Program-made: the position numbers and the translations under genes
In this document: positions 1 through 12,222 of the stretch, in pieces
Position numbering within the stretch: position 1 is the first letter of the stretch
How the letters are laid out: each line of letters starts with the position of its first letter
Source: Gekko japonicus
Lineage: Eukaryota
Direction: 5' to 3'
Assembly (NCBI RefSeq): GCF_001447785.1
Contig: NW_015160215.1
Location: 983,616-1,047,615, forward strand
Length of the DNA stretch: 64,000 bases
Notes under the pieces: generated by a model
Seen by the model: only the letters and a program-made list of their open reading frames with translations
Database searches by the model: none
Told to the model about the DNA's origin: nothing

Positions 1-1560
1 ACGAACAATTTAAAACAGTTCAAAGAACATCCCAATAACTCCTTGCCCTCTAACAATCTGAGTAAGGCTGCAGATAAATCTAGTGGGAGCAATGAAGAAG
101 CATGGCTTTGTATACATTCAGATGAAGATCATCAATTAAGGCTACCAGTGCTGTCTCAGTCCCATAGCCTGGCTTGAAATCATACTGAAAAGAACCCAGA
201 ACAGAAGAGTCATTTAAAAGACCTGAAGGTGGTCCACCATTGTTCTCTCAATTACCTTTTCCCGGGGCTTTTTTTGTAGGAAAAAGCCCAACAAGAACTC
301 ATTAGCATAATAATTCCTGCCCCAAAATTTCCCAGAGAGGGCAAATTGGAGACAGGAAGACAATTGGCTGCATCAAAGTAGTGGGCAGATAACTGTTTCT
401 TTGAGTTGTGAAGGGAAGATACCCTGACTGAGTGACTGATTTATGATTGACACCAAGGATTCATTAATGTGACCCTTACATGATTTCAGCAGGCAGGATG
501 AGCAAGGATCCCAAGAACACAAGTGATAGCTTTCATAGATCCAACGACTCTGTTGACATCCATCATGGTAACTGGGTCAGAAGGGTCCATAGATGAACCA
601 GGCATGCATTAGTCATATCTTCTGACTGAGTTATGTTACAAGCAGCATCCAACTCAGAATGTGTTCGAGAGATTTTATCAGCAAAAAAAAACCTTTGCAA
701 AAGTATCAGAACTGATTTCCTGTTGTTCAGACTCAGTTTTAGGAGTCAGCAGATGTCTAGATAACGTATACAGCTGGGAATGGTTGTGAATTAGCTGATG
801 CAATGAAGGCAGAGAAATAACATTTCTTTGCTGGTATCACCACTGTTTCATTGGTCACCCAATGAGCTCTATAACATGTTCTCTGGGATTCAGCACATTT
901 CCCACCTGCGCAGCTCTAGATATCTGCTTACTCTCTTCAAGTCACCCAGCTCCATGGTAAACCATTGGCTGAAGTTCTACCCCAAGGGCAGGGGAGGTTG
1001 ACAGTGGGCAACCTTATTGATAGTTTCCTAGGAACATCACATTCCAAGCTTCCATGGCAGCCTCAGCAGAGTATTCATTTGGAATCCTTAACATAGCAAC
1101 AACAACAACCATAACCCAGAGCATTCTGGAATGCAGTAAGACTCATGAGTCTCACAGTTTGTTGTGTTGCTAATGTGTCAAGATTATCATTTAAGATCAG
1201 CTACATTTCAAGTGTGTGCACTGCAAATTAGCACCATTCTTCATGATGATGCACACTCAGAATTTACCAGACTGATGCAGTTCCCTAGCAGTGGTGTGAG
1301 AACATGCAAAATATTCAAGATATAATTTCAGAATACTGGATGAGCTCAGCTTTGGGAGCCTGGAAGGCAAAATTAGGAAGGCTGCCATGCAGGAGAGATA
1401 ACCATTTCTCCCTAACTCCAGCATGATCAGGAGAACCAAGGAACACATCTCTTTAATAATAGGTTTTTTTACTTGACAGGTGGGTAGACCAAATGGCAGA
1501 TGGGCAATGATGATCAGCACAGGTGTATTACATGTATGCACAATATATTTTCAAGTTCTT
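1..1560 (-). mobile_element. Decayed L2-clade LINE ORF2 fragment (RT and upstream region), interrupted by a MITE remnant at ~262-310
   Basis: Minus-strand translation gives degenerate L2 motifs (PGYGTETALVALIDDL, LDLSAA, IINQSLSQGIFP..LKETVI.PLL, PVSNLP.LGKI, WFTMEL..LKR) with many stops and frameshifts. The right boundary is approximate. Confidence 0.75.
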
Positions 1561-1671
1561 GCTAGGGTGGGTAGGACATCCTCATTGCATCCTCACTGCC
1601 CATGTAAGCTTTCCTATTGTTTGTACCTGCAGCTTATAATGTGATCACTATTTGTGGTTGGAGCACAGGAG

Positions 1672-2025
1672 TACGGTTGCCAGGCCCACTAAACCACCTG
1701 GTGGGGGATGGGGGTGAACTTACTGGGAGCTGGGAGGGAAGAAGCTGGAAATAAATGTGAGGAACCTACATCACCTGGAAGTGACATAGGCATCTTGGGG
1801 ACATCAGGGGTGATGCTCTGGTTTGTGGGCAAAATCTCTATGGTAGAATTAGCTTCTATCATAGAGTTTTGCCCAAAAACCAGAGTGTCGCCCCCAATGT
1901 CTCCAATATGCCTACGTCACTTCCGGGTGATGTAAGCATGTCACATTTATTTCCGGCTTTTTTGCATGGTTTTTTGGGGGTACTTGGGGGGTGAAACACC
2001 CCCATGGGGGGGTCTGGCATCTCTA
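1672..2025. mobile_element. hAT-type MITE (TAGGGTTGCC-terminus family) with a ~200-bp internal hairpin
   Basis: Degenerate TIRs tacggttgcca / tggcatctcta; 8-bp TSD cacaggag/tacaggag; long palindrome ~1748-1953 centred on tagaattagcttcta. Confidence 0.8.
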
Positions 2026-2746
2026 TACAGGAGTGATCTCAAATTACTTATGTAATTGGCAATAAATGTGCCTTAATCCTTCACTACCTTAGCAAGTGTT
2101 ACAGATAACTGGATCCTCAGATGGTTGAACCCACATTGTGGTAAGTGTTCACTTTGTGCATGATTTTCTGTTTTCACCAAATGAAATATAAAGACTGCTT
2201 TATGTGTTGATATCTATTACTGCTCTAGCCTATCCTTGTGCTGAACATAGCCTAGAAAAGTACAAAAAGAGATTCCTTACAGAGCAATTTACCCCTCTCA
2301 ATTTAGGAAAGCATTCTGATGTCTTAGTTGAACTATATAACACTTCTCAACATGCCTCATGGCATATAAAATCTGTTTGTTGGTAACTTGTTTAAATGAA
2401 TCATAAGCTATTCATTAGTATGAAACATGATACCATTAAGGCTGCAATCCTAAGTATGCTTACTTGGAAGTCTAACTGAAATCAACAGACTTACTTATGA
2501 ATAAATATATTTAGGATTGTATACATATGAAATACATAGGTTCAGTACTAATTTAATTTGTTTAAAAATGTTTAAAAATTATTTCCTTAATATCATCAAT
2601 ACTTGAACCATCAGTTTTATATTTTTAGCTTACACCTACACCTGAATTTGCATAAAGTTAGCAGCAATAGCAATGTAAACTGCAGACATAATATAAAGTA
2701 AGACAAGGTCAGAAATCAATAGCTGTCCTAGCAGAAACGTGTATAA

Positions 2747-3345
2747 GGCCCCGGTCACATGAGCGAGATAATCTGGGGAGGAAGTGAGGCTTTTTGCTCT
2801 GGAGCAAAATGAAGTGCGGTATCACGATCAGACATTTCTCCCGATGCTCCGCGCACATACCCCCAGGAGTGATCACATGTCGACATTGTGGCAAGGGGGG
2901 GGGGGAGAAGCGGCATTGTGCGATCACACACGCGGCGATCGCAAGGTGCCGCTTCCCGACTGCATGGGCATTTTTTTTTCAGCTAGAGGTCCCGCCTGCG
3001 CATTACTATGGAAGTGAATCTATAGAAGAGTGGGCATGTGCAGCTCCATGTTTGTGTGCATACCATGGAGGCTTAAACAAAACATCCGGTGTGAGACAGA
3101 ACTCAGACGGGCGCCAGATGCTATGGGATACTAGTGCTTCCGCGATCCGATGCCTGCCCGCGTCGGGTGTTTTCTGGAACATACTGCATTTCCTCTACTA
3201 TCTTTTAACTGTGCTTCTTCAGCCAGGCATCACAGGTTGCCTATGGGTGTTGGACACTTGCCAGATGTTCACGTGTGATTGTGCCCATAAAATACGCACA
3301 GCAGCCATCCCTATCATGCTGCAAATTCTCCGTGTGACCAGGGCC
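2747..3345. mobile_element. PIF/Harbinger-type MITE
   Basis: TIRs ggccccggtcacatg / cgtgtgaccagggcc; TAA on both flanks (3-bp TWA TSD); CpG-rich interior. Confidence 0.75.
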
Positions 3346-4097
3346 TAAGTCACCTTACTCTGAAGACCCCAAGATATCTATGCTTTCAGAAGGGTGCTAT
3401 TGGGAGAAATAGTGTTCTATCCTAGTATGTATCACTGCTGCTGCAAAGGAGTGAATATGTGTATGTTTTTCCCCCTTACATTTCTATCTAAGTTTATATC
3501 CTTGGGCATTATTTAATCAAGAGCAAGCAGCCCTAAAAGAAGTCAAACCATGAAGCAAAAATAATGCAAAAAAGGAGTAAAAGAAATTAGAGGAAACAAG
3601 AAAAAATCCAATATTAAAATGTCATAATAGTAGTATGCTAGGCGAAAATTAAAAATTGGTTATTAATGTACACAGACAGATTTATTATGTTTTTCTGACT
3701 ATTACAAAATGTCTGCTTTAAACAAATGGCCTCCATAGACAGGTCAAAAGCATGAATCAGGGTGAATATCTCTGAAACTGATTTCGATGACAACTATGCA
3801 AGTAAGATAGCTCATTCCAGATGTAGGCCTTGGAATTCATATGTAGGAAGGAGACTCTTATTCATCATGCAGATGGTACTTTCAGTATATCAATAGGGTT
3901 AAGGTTTGATATGAGTCTGGCAAGGACAGCCCATAAAAGTCAGAAATATATCCAGAAAAAATAGACCATTCCTGTGCAGACTAGAGAAATGTAGACAGTA
4001 TTCAGGAGGGGAAAGCCATTCATAAAAACACTTTGTAGACATTCATTCAGTTTCCTCTAGGGAGTTTAGAGTATTTGCTTAGAACAACAAGACAACC

Positions 4098-4102
<5 letters not shown>

Positions 4103-4177
<75 letters not shown>
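4103..4177. repeat. Compound microsatellite (TC)n(AC)n
   Basis: Directly visible. Confidence 0.98.
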
Positions 4178-4181
<4 letters not shown>

Positions 4182-4239
4182 ATTGATCTGCTGAAGTAGG
4201 TTCTCATATCTATGCTACTCCCAAATGCTACTTACTTAC

Positions 4240-4430
4240 CTTGCTGCTAAAATGGTAGCTGCTGAAGTTAATACAGCAGTGGATACTCTCTTCCTTGCTG
4301 CTGTGGGTGTAGATGATGTGATGATGCCAGATGGATGGGTGGACGGATGGACAAGGCTGTCCCTGCATCCCTCCCCCCTCCAGTATTTTGGACATTGCTC
4401 AAACAACATCCTCTACATCTTGCATGCACT
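4240..4430 (-). other. Candidate spliced exon of an unidentified host gene (191 nt)
   Basis: Minus strand shows a pyrimidine tract plus TTTTAG acceptor and a consensus AAG|GTAAGT donor, in apparently non-repetitive sequence. No recognisable protein. Confidence 0.35.
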
Positions 4431-5922
4431 CTAAAATGTGTTTGAAACACCAGAGGAGAAGTACAAGGAAGCAGAGTCCCTTTTATCACTTTTCCTGGCT
4501 AACCAGTTGAATAACTGACACTGTGGTCACAGCTTCAGCAGCTGAAATTAGGAAAGTGACGTTGGAAAGAGGAAGAAGGTAGAAGGCAACAGAAAAGATC
4601 TTGGAATATTTTGTATTGAAATGCAAGCATTTGCAATCATTATGGTTCTTTTGTGTGTGTGGGTCAATCTCTGTTTACGCTGACTGACCTCCTAGCCTCA
4701 CTCTGGCACCAGGAAGGTGCAGGTGATTGCCTTGAAGAGGGAGTAGTGATGTCGCCGGATGTGCCTATGGCGCTACAGCAGCCAGATCCTGCCCTATTTT
4801 CCACTGCGCCTAGGCACCTAGGCATCTGCCGTGAGGAAAATGCTGCTTACAGCTGCGCCTCCGGGCCAACAATGTGAATGCTGCTTCGCGCCTCCTCCTA
4901 GTATGCTCCCGCATCAGTCCGCACAGTGTGATGGGGAAAACCCGGAACAGTTTGTTCTGGCTCTTTTTTGCAACGACTCCCTCCTGCTTCAAACTGCCAG
5001 TCTGAACTCAGCCAAAGACTGTTCAATTTGGAAAGCTGAGCTACGAAAGTGTGCCTCTGGATTAGTAAAGGAAAGGGCCAATATAACCTCAGAGGAGACT
5101 GCAGAGGAAAAGTGGGATAGCTGTTTCATAGTTACACATGAAAAAGGGGAACTTGGATGGCGTATTGACTCAAGACCCACAAGTCACATGACCAGTGACC
5201 AAGAATTCTTTACAGAAATTGATTATACAATGAAAGACAAAGTTTTCCCCACCAATGGAAAAAGCATCTCTGTTGAAGGAGTGGAACAGGGATTTTTGAA
5301 TTGTATTACCCCACCTGGGAGCAAACACAGCATACCTGTGAAGAATGTTTTGTCTCTGCCAAAACTAGAAGGGGATTACTCCCAGTAAAAGACTAGCAAA
5401 ATAATGGCTTTTCAATATACTTCTGTAAGAAAAAATGCACTGTCTGGAAAGGTCAAAATGTCTGGTGAGTGGAATCTCAAATGTCCATTTATATAAAATT
5501 ATGACTGAGAATAACAAAGCCAGAGTAGTGATTCAAAACTCCCATGACAAGTGCATTCACTTATGGCATAGATGCCTAGGGCACAGATACCCCAAGGCAA
5601 TAAAGGAACTTGTAAACAAGGGCCTGACAAAGGACTTAGTGAAATCTAAATGTCCCACACAAATAAAATGCATATATTGCATTTAAGCTAAGGCAACATG
5701 TATTCCTCTGCCTAAGAGCAGCCAAAGCAGAGCCAAGCAACACCCTTTGGAACTAATGCACAGTAGTATATGTGGGCCAATGAGGAAAACCAGTCCAGCT
5801 GGGAATAAATACTTTATAACATTAATTGATGACCATTTGTCCAGATTTATCACAACATGCTATATAAAGCAAAAGAGTGAAATGCTGGAATTTTTTTTTT
5901 TAATTGTAGCAATACTCAGTAA

Positions 5923-6922
5923 TAGGGATGTGCATTTGGATATTTCTGGTCCAAATATATATCCCCAAAAATCCTTTTCAGTATTTCCCAGATATATTTA
6001 GTTTTCTGGATGGTATCCAGGATTTTTCAGGGTACTTGGAAATGGGTCCTGCAAAATCCTGGATATATTCAGGAGCAACTGGGAATATTGGGAGCCAGTG
6101 TTTTAAGGCTCCCAGGTCGGGTTTTTCTTTCATTTTACTGTGTATCTATGTCTTGTTAGGTCTTGGTATGGGCTGCCATGTTGGCTTGGCTTTGAATCTG
6201 TCCTTTGAAATTGGTTTTGTTTTTCTTGTCACACTGTGTTCTTTTCTCAACTTGGTTTACATCAGGTTCGAGGTTTTCATTGGATTCTTTGGTTCAACAT
6301 TAGCTTGGATTCTTAGGTAGTACATTGGCATGGAGTCGCTGATTTGACATTTGTTGGGCTTGCTACAGAATTCCTTGTTAAATCAGTTTGGCTTGGAGGA
6401 TTCTCTGGTTTGACATTTGTTGTATTAGGTTTACCAAATATTCCCTTGCTTCTGCTGGGATTCCCACATTCTGTATTGGTTCTGTAGGCTTGTTGGTTCT
6501 TTTGGGAGGCTTTTGTCCAGTGGTTGTTTTGCTCACTGCTGTGTTGTTGGCTATTCTTAGTGCTGGAGAAGGCATGGAATGTCCCTCCCATAGGAAACAA
6601 TGGAGGATGATTGGAGAAACCTTGTTGAGGGGCCCATAGGTCAAATAATCTGAAACATGGGAGTTATTCATTGGACAGGCACCAGCAGCTCCATTGCAAT
6701 TTTGGTGCCATTTGCTCAAAAACCAACCCCTCCAGACCTCTGGGAAGATTCCCCATGGGGAATAATGGAGCAGAATAATATTAGAAACCTGAAGTCAGGG
6801 CAGGGGGATGACCTGGATCTGACTACCAGACTGGTATCTGGAACCTGGAAAACCAGGAATACCAATATTGTTTGGCTCCCTGATATCTGGATCAGAAAAA
6901 TACTGGGTTTTTCTTTCTTTCT
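5923..6922. mobile_element. Non-autonomous hAT-like element nested in the Copia integrase; right end lost
   Basis: Begins tagggatgtgca, a terminus shared with 8321 and 22530. Copia homology stops here and resumes at ~6925 with the integrase core missing. Confidence 0.65.
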
Positions 6923-7486
6923 GGAGTCTTGTAGAGAAGGCAAGAAGCATGCTAATGGATGCAGGTCTTTCAAACAAGTTTTGTGGAGAAGCCATAATTA
7001 CAAGCACCTATTTACAGAATAAATTGAGACAACTCCATAAAAAATGTGGCATGGAACAAAATCTGCACTAGGTCACATTAGAGTATTTGTCTGCAGAGCC
7101 TATGTGCATATCCCAAGTAAAAAATGCTCTAAACTGGGAGACAGGGCAATTGAGGGAGTGCTGATAGGCTACAGTGAACAAAGTAAAGGATAATAATGGA
7201 CCAACCTAAAACAAGTAAAGTGACAGTAAATCACAGTGTTTACTTTGATGACAGCTTCAGGTTGAGCACAATGATACCAGTGAACCCTGAGAAATTTCAG
7301 CCATGACTATGAATGTAAGTGAGGATCAAGGTGAAGACACACACCACATGACTGAAATTAAAGTTCCTGATGGCTGAGAGCATGATGAGCCTATCCAGGT
7401 TTCAGACCCTACGCTTAAAAGATAAAGTAGGATCCCAAAAGGCATACCACCCTCCAACCTCTCTTATACGTCACAAACACACTAAG

Positions 7487-7642
7487 ATAGATTCAGGTTG
7501 GTAGTTGTGTTGGTCTGAAGCAACAGAACAAAGTTTGAGTCCAGTGGCACCTTTAAGACCAACAAAGTTTAATTCTGGGTTTAAGCTTTCAGAATTAAAT
7601 TTTGTTGGTCTTAAAGGTGCTACTGGACCCAAACTTTGTTGT
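7487..7642. mobile_element. Short foldback Penelope-derived insertion nested in Copia
   Basis: Inverted arms gtccagtggcacctttaagaccaacaaa / tttgttggtcttaaaggtgctactggac; 14-bp TSD acaaacacactaag / acaaatgcactaag. Confidence 0.75.
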
Positions 7643-8320
7643 ACAAATGCACTAAGTAATGGAACCTACCTGTTGGGAAGACACTGCTAAATTACCAGAA
7701 TATGAAGTCAACAAATGGAGAGCAGCAGTGCAGGGAAATATAAACTCTCTCTGTGAAAATGGGGCTTACACACTTGCAAAATTACCACTCAACCAAAAAG
7801 CAGTCAAATGTAATTTAAAGTTAAATATCACGCAGAAGGAGGAGTTGAGTGCTACAAATCAAGGCTGGTGGCTAAAGGATATTCCTAAAAATATGATGAA
7901 GATTTATAATGCTACATTTGCCTCAGTGGTAATTTCAGCACCATACGAGCATTGCTATGAGTGGCAGCTATTAATGGATGTGAAGACAGCCTTTCTGCAT
8001 GGAGACATCAAAGAGGATCCCTGTGTGGCCCAGTCACCTGGGTTTGTGGATCCAGAAGGGGAAAACCAGGTATGTATACTTCACAAATGAATTTATGGTT
8101 TGAAACGGGCTGTGTGGGCCTGGAATGAGAAAATTAATCAAGTACTTATACAGGTAGGGTTCATTAGAAGTAACTTTATTCCAGAAAGGAAAACAACAAC
8201 AACAACAACAACAACAACATATGGACTTATCTACTTGTATATGTGGATGAGATCAAGAAAAGGATGAGGATATAATAGACCGCAAGTTCAACCAAAATTT
8301 TGAAACCAAGGACCTAGGGA

Positions 8321-9322
8321 TAGGGATGGGCATGAACTGGCTCAAAAATTAAAGTTGATCACAAATTTTGGCTGGTTCATGGTTCATAAAGTGATGTTCA
8401 TGGAAGGGCAACCAGCACGAACATTCCATGAACTTTCATGCTGTCTCTGCTCAACTAAGCTGTTTACAAAACTTCAAAGCAACCCCTCACTGAGTTCCAG
8501 TGCTTGCCAGGGGTGCCTGCCAAGCTATCATGACGTTACTTTGGGGACCCCCTGTTGGAACTCTGGGGATGTCTGCCTTTCTGTCATTCAGAACCTACCT
8601 TTGGAGACTTTTGAGGTCTGTGATTGTAGGGAAAATGCTTGGTTTGTTTCCAGTGTCTGGTGGGGGTGGGGGTCTACCCAGGTGAAGTTTCCCTTGGAGT
8701 TTTGTGTCACTGGCTTGTTCCTGAACCATTCCATAGACTACTGTAACTGCAACTGTCTTTTCCAGAGAGATCACTGGGGAAATCTTTTGGGAGGGGTCAT
8801 AACTGGAACCTCAAAAATATAATCTGCCCCCAACTTGGAGAGATTTTAGTGGGTGGCTGAGTGAGGTTCCCTTGTGTTTGGTGTGTGTAGCTTGCAGGGG
8901 GTCCATTCTATAAACTTTTGAACTTGCACCTGACCTTTTCTTGAGGGCATCTTCTTTGGGGGACAATAACTTGGACCCCCCCAAGTCTAATCTGCACATA
9001 ACTTGGAGGCCATGTAGAGGCCTATGCATTCCTACACACTCCTAAACCTCCTGAACCTGTGCCTATCATTTCCCCAGAAAGCATGGGGGGGGACCTTCAT
9101 TAATGGGGTGTAACTTGGACCCCATGAATTCAATCCTCACCAAACTTGGAGGACAGATAGAGGAGAGTCAACCAGAGATCCCCTGTGAGATGGTGCCTGT
9201 AGCATGCTGGGGGGGCATTCTACTGCATCCCAAACTTCACAAACTGAACTGGTTTGTTTAGCATCAAAAAGTTTGTGACATCATGAACCAAACTGCATTT
9301 TTCCAGTTCGAGTCCATCCATA
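8321..9322. mobile_element. Non-autonomous hAT element nested in the Copia RT
   Basis: TIRs tagggatgggc / gtccatccata; perfect 8-bp TSD cctaggga. Removing it rejoins RT as FETKDLG-NITHYM. Confidence 0.88.
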
Positions 9323-10222
9323 CCTAGGGAACATTACACACTACATGAGGATTCAAAGTGAAAGGAATGAAGAAGGGAGTTTCTTCCTCAACCAAAACCA
9401 AATGATCATTGAGATGCTGGAATACTTCAAAATGATGGAAGCAAAGGAAGTAAGAACCCCCATGGCAACAGATCATTTAAAGAATTGACATGAGATCAGT
9501 CCACTGCAAAGCAATGTCAAATATCATAAAGCAGTAGGAAAACTGCTGTATACTGCCACAGTGACCAGGCCGGACATAGCAGAAGCAATAGGAATTCTAG
9601 ATAGAAAAGTTGAGCAACCAACCCAGCATGACTGGACAGGAGTGAAGAAGGTAATGTAGTACTTAAAGGGCCCTATTGAGATACAGTTAAAATTACCATC
9701 TACCTCATACTCTTTAGGGTCTCAGACCATCTCGCAAAGACCTCTTTGGTTATGTTGGCACAGAATGGACAAGTGACAATATAGACCATGTCTACTACTG
9801 GATATCTTTTCCTGCATGGTGTGTGTATGGGGGTCAATCTCCTGGACCAGCAGAATACAAACAACAGTAATCCTCTCATCTACAGAGGATGAATATGTGG
9901 CTGCAGCACGTGTCAGTCAAGAAAGAATCTGGATAGGTCAACTATTTGCTGGCATGGGACTAAACATTAACAAGCCAACACTGCTAATGGAGGACAATCG
10001 GGATGCATAAAGAGATAATAGATCCACACTGAGAGAATAGTTCTGCACACTAAACATATTGATGTGAATCATCATATGTTGAGACAATCATGTGAAAAAG
10101 AGTAATTGAACTTAAGTATTATCCCTCAGAGGAGATGGTTGCAGATGTGCCTGCAGAACTCCACAACCATTTTGTAAAGGCAATGGGACTCATGGAATGA
10201 TCCATATGCCAATGAGAAGGGG

Positions 10223-10498
10223 TATTAGAATAGCAATAGCAATGGATTGTGCACTGCAGAAGTGGAGAAGAATTTAAAGGGTGATGTTACCTAGACTAAT
10301 TGGGGCTTAGACATTTCTTTTAGTTTCCACTTTGCTTGTTCCTTCCCTTGGTACTCGCTCGATCTACTGCAGACCGGAAGAGAGGTCGGCACTGTACCTA
10401 TGTAGTGTTCTGTTCTGTGTGTCTGAAAGTTGACTAAAGGTTTTGCTTTGTAAAATAATCTCTACTGTAGACTCACTCTTATTTGCAAAACTGCAACA
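10223..10498 (+). repeat. Copia 3' LTR
   Basis: Follows the polypurine tract gagaagggg, starts tattag (decayed TGTTAG) and has a plausible end at ...caaca. Confidence 0.65.
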
Positions 10499-11993
10499 TC
10501 TATCACAATTTAACCCTGAAAATGAGTTTTTATTTGCTGAGGTGACTTTTTTAGCTTTTCGTGCCTATGGTCATCCCACCAAATAGCCAATGTAACTGAA
10601 TATGAGATGTGTCTGGTGCTTCATGTTAATCGGCTTCATCCTCAGCATGGTAGCCCTCATAGTGACAGTGGAGCCCTGAGCATGATTCAAACAAAGCAAA
10701 ATGAATGTGTTTAAAACCTGAACTTCTGAGCATTGTTCCAGGCTTGGCTAAAGTTTTTTGCACTTTTTGAACAGAGTTTTGTTTGTGTGGCTTAATGTAA
10801 ACAGAAACCAATGCCTGGCTCGTATTAATGAGGTAGCTCTTTACACTCACATTGTATATTGTGATTGGCTCATGACTGCCTATGGCAGCCTGGGGGCCTA
10901 ATGTCTCTTAAGCTACCGAAGTTCTATAACATTCATTATTCTGTGTCAAGCTAAAATTACCTTGTAGGAGCATTGCATAATGTCTGGTATATTAATCATT
11001 AGAGATATTTTTGAAGCACTCAATTACATTATGAAGGCTGGGTTATGTTCTTATCTTTCTAATGGTCACATGTAAAGCACCAAAGCCCCTATTACTTTGT
11101 AATAAGAAATGCATACCCGGCAGAATAATACATTATGCACATCCTTGTCTATAGGATGGAAAAGGTCAGCTTGCAACTTGAATATTTTTGTCCTCTAGAT
11201 CAATTTCACTTAAAAGAGTTCATTAGAAAGAATGGCTTTATCTTTTCAATATGTCCTAACAGCATGCTATCACTTTACAGAACCAGATTTTGACTATTTT
11301 ATTCCATTGAAAGCAGAATGAATTACATCAATCTGGTTGATGCCCATTCATTTTGGGGTTATCATCTTAAAAGTGTTTCAGGATACATTTAAACCGGCCC
11401 TTTGTTGCCAAGAAGTGTGTGTGTGTGTGTGTGTGTGTAAAAGCTAAAATCTACAACCCACTTACTTTTGAAGAATCCCACTGGCTGTAATGAAAAACTC
11501 TGAATATGTGGGTGACACATTGCAGTTTTAGTGACTCCTATTCCTAATCTAATAATGACAAACTTTTGCTTTCATTTGCAGATTCTGGCATTTCTAGCAG
11601 GTGTTGAGTTTATCCACTTTCACATCCAGGTCTTTGCTTTCATAAAGCAGGAACCCTGCTGAAAGAGTCCGTGACTAACAAAAGCTATCCTATTTCAATA
11701 ACATCACATTGTAACATCAAACATTAAAAAATAGTTGAAAAGGTATTTATTTAAAGTTTTAATATCTCAACCAGGTCATTTGCCCTCTTTTTACCACTTG
11801 AAGCTCTCAACTTAATTCAGAATGGAGTGATCCTGAGAGAGGAAAGTGGATATTTTTTGAATTTATAGAGTGAACAATGTGCTTCAAAAGCTACCAAGTT
11901 ATCAGTATTTTTCCTGTGGGAGGGGCAGCACTAAATTCAGGTGGGTACTTTACAGTTAACAGATGATAGATGCTCAAGCGACATTGCCTTTAA

Positions 11994-12222
11994 ATTATTT
12001 AACTCATTTATATACCACTTTTCTCCCCAACAGGGACCCAAAGTGGCTTACAACATGCTCCCATTCTCTTTTTTATTCCCCCAACAACCCCATGAGGTAG
12101 GATAACCTAAGGGTATGTGATTGGCCCAAGGAGCCCCAGCAAGCTTCTATGTGCAGAGTGGGGATTTGAACTTGAGCCTTCTGGATCCTAGTCCAGCACT
12201 CTAACCATTACACATGCTGGTT
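11994..12222 (-). mobile_element. Squam3-type tRNA/CORE SINE, old copy
   Basis: Homologous to the other copies; B-box-like sequence; L2-like 3' end with an AT-rich tail. Confidence 0.75.

Larger units (their letters stand above)
5008..10498 (+). mobile_element. Decayed Ty1/Copia LTR retrotransposon (gag end, PR, IN, RT, RNase H, PPT, 3' LTR); 5' part missing
   Basis: Domains in Copia order: AKDC (zinc knuckle end), WRIDSRPTSHMT (protease), LWHRCLGH..C..C and PLELMHSSICGPM (integrase), EKARSML..AGL, MDVKTAFLHGDIKE, YVDE, FETKDLG (RT), ISWTSRIQ..LSSTEDEYVAA, EDN, TKHIDV, MVADV (RNase H). Many stops and frameshifts. Confidence 0.93.

Noticed and set aside
2655-2690. gcaatagcaatg...ctgcaga similarity to the start of the Copia 3' LTR
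   Set aside because: The similarity does not extend and no PBS follows, so it is not accepted as the 5' LTR.
5928-6720. Hydrophobic ORFs resembling membrane proteins
   Set aside because: They arise from the T-rich low-complexity interior of a non-autonomous hAT element.
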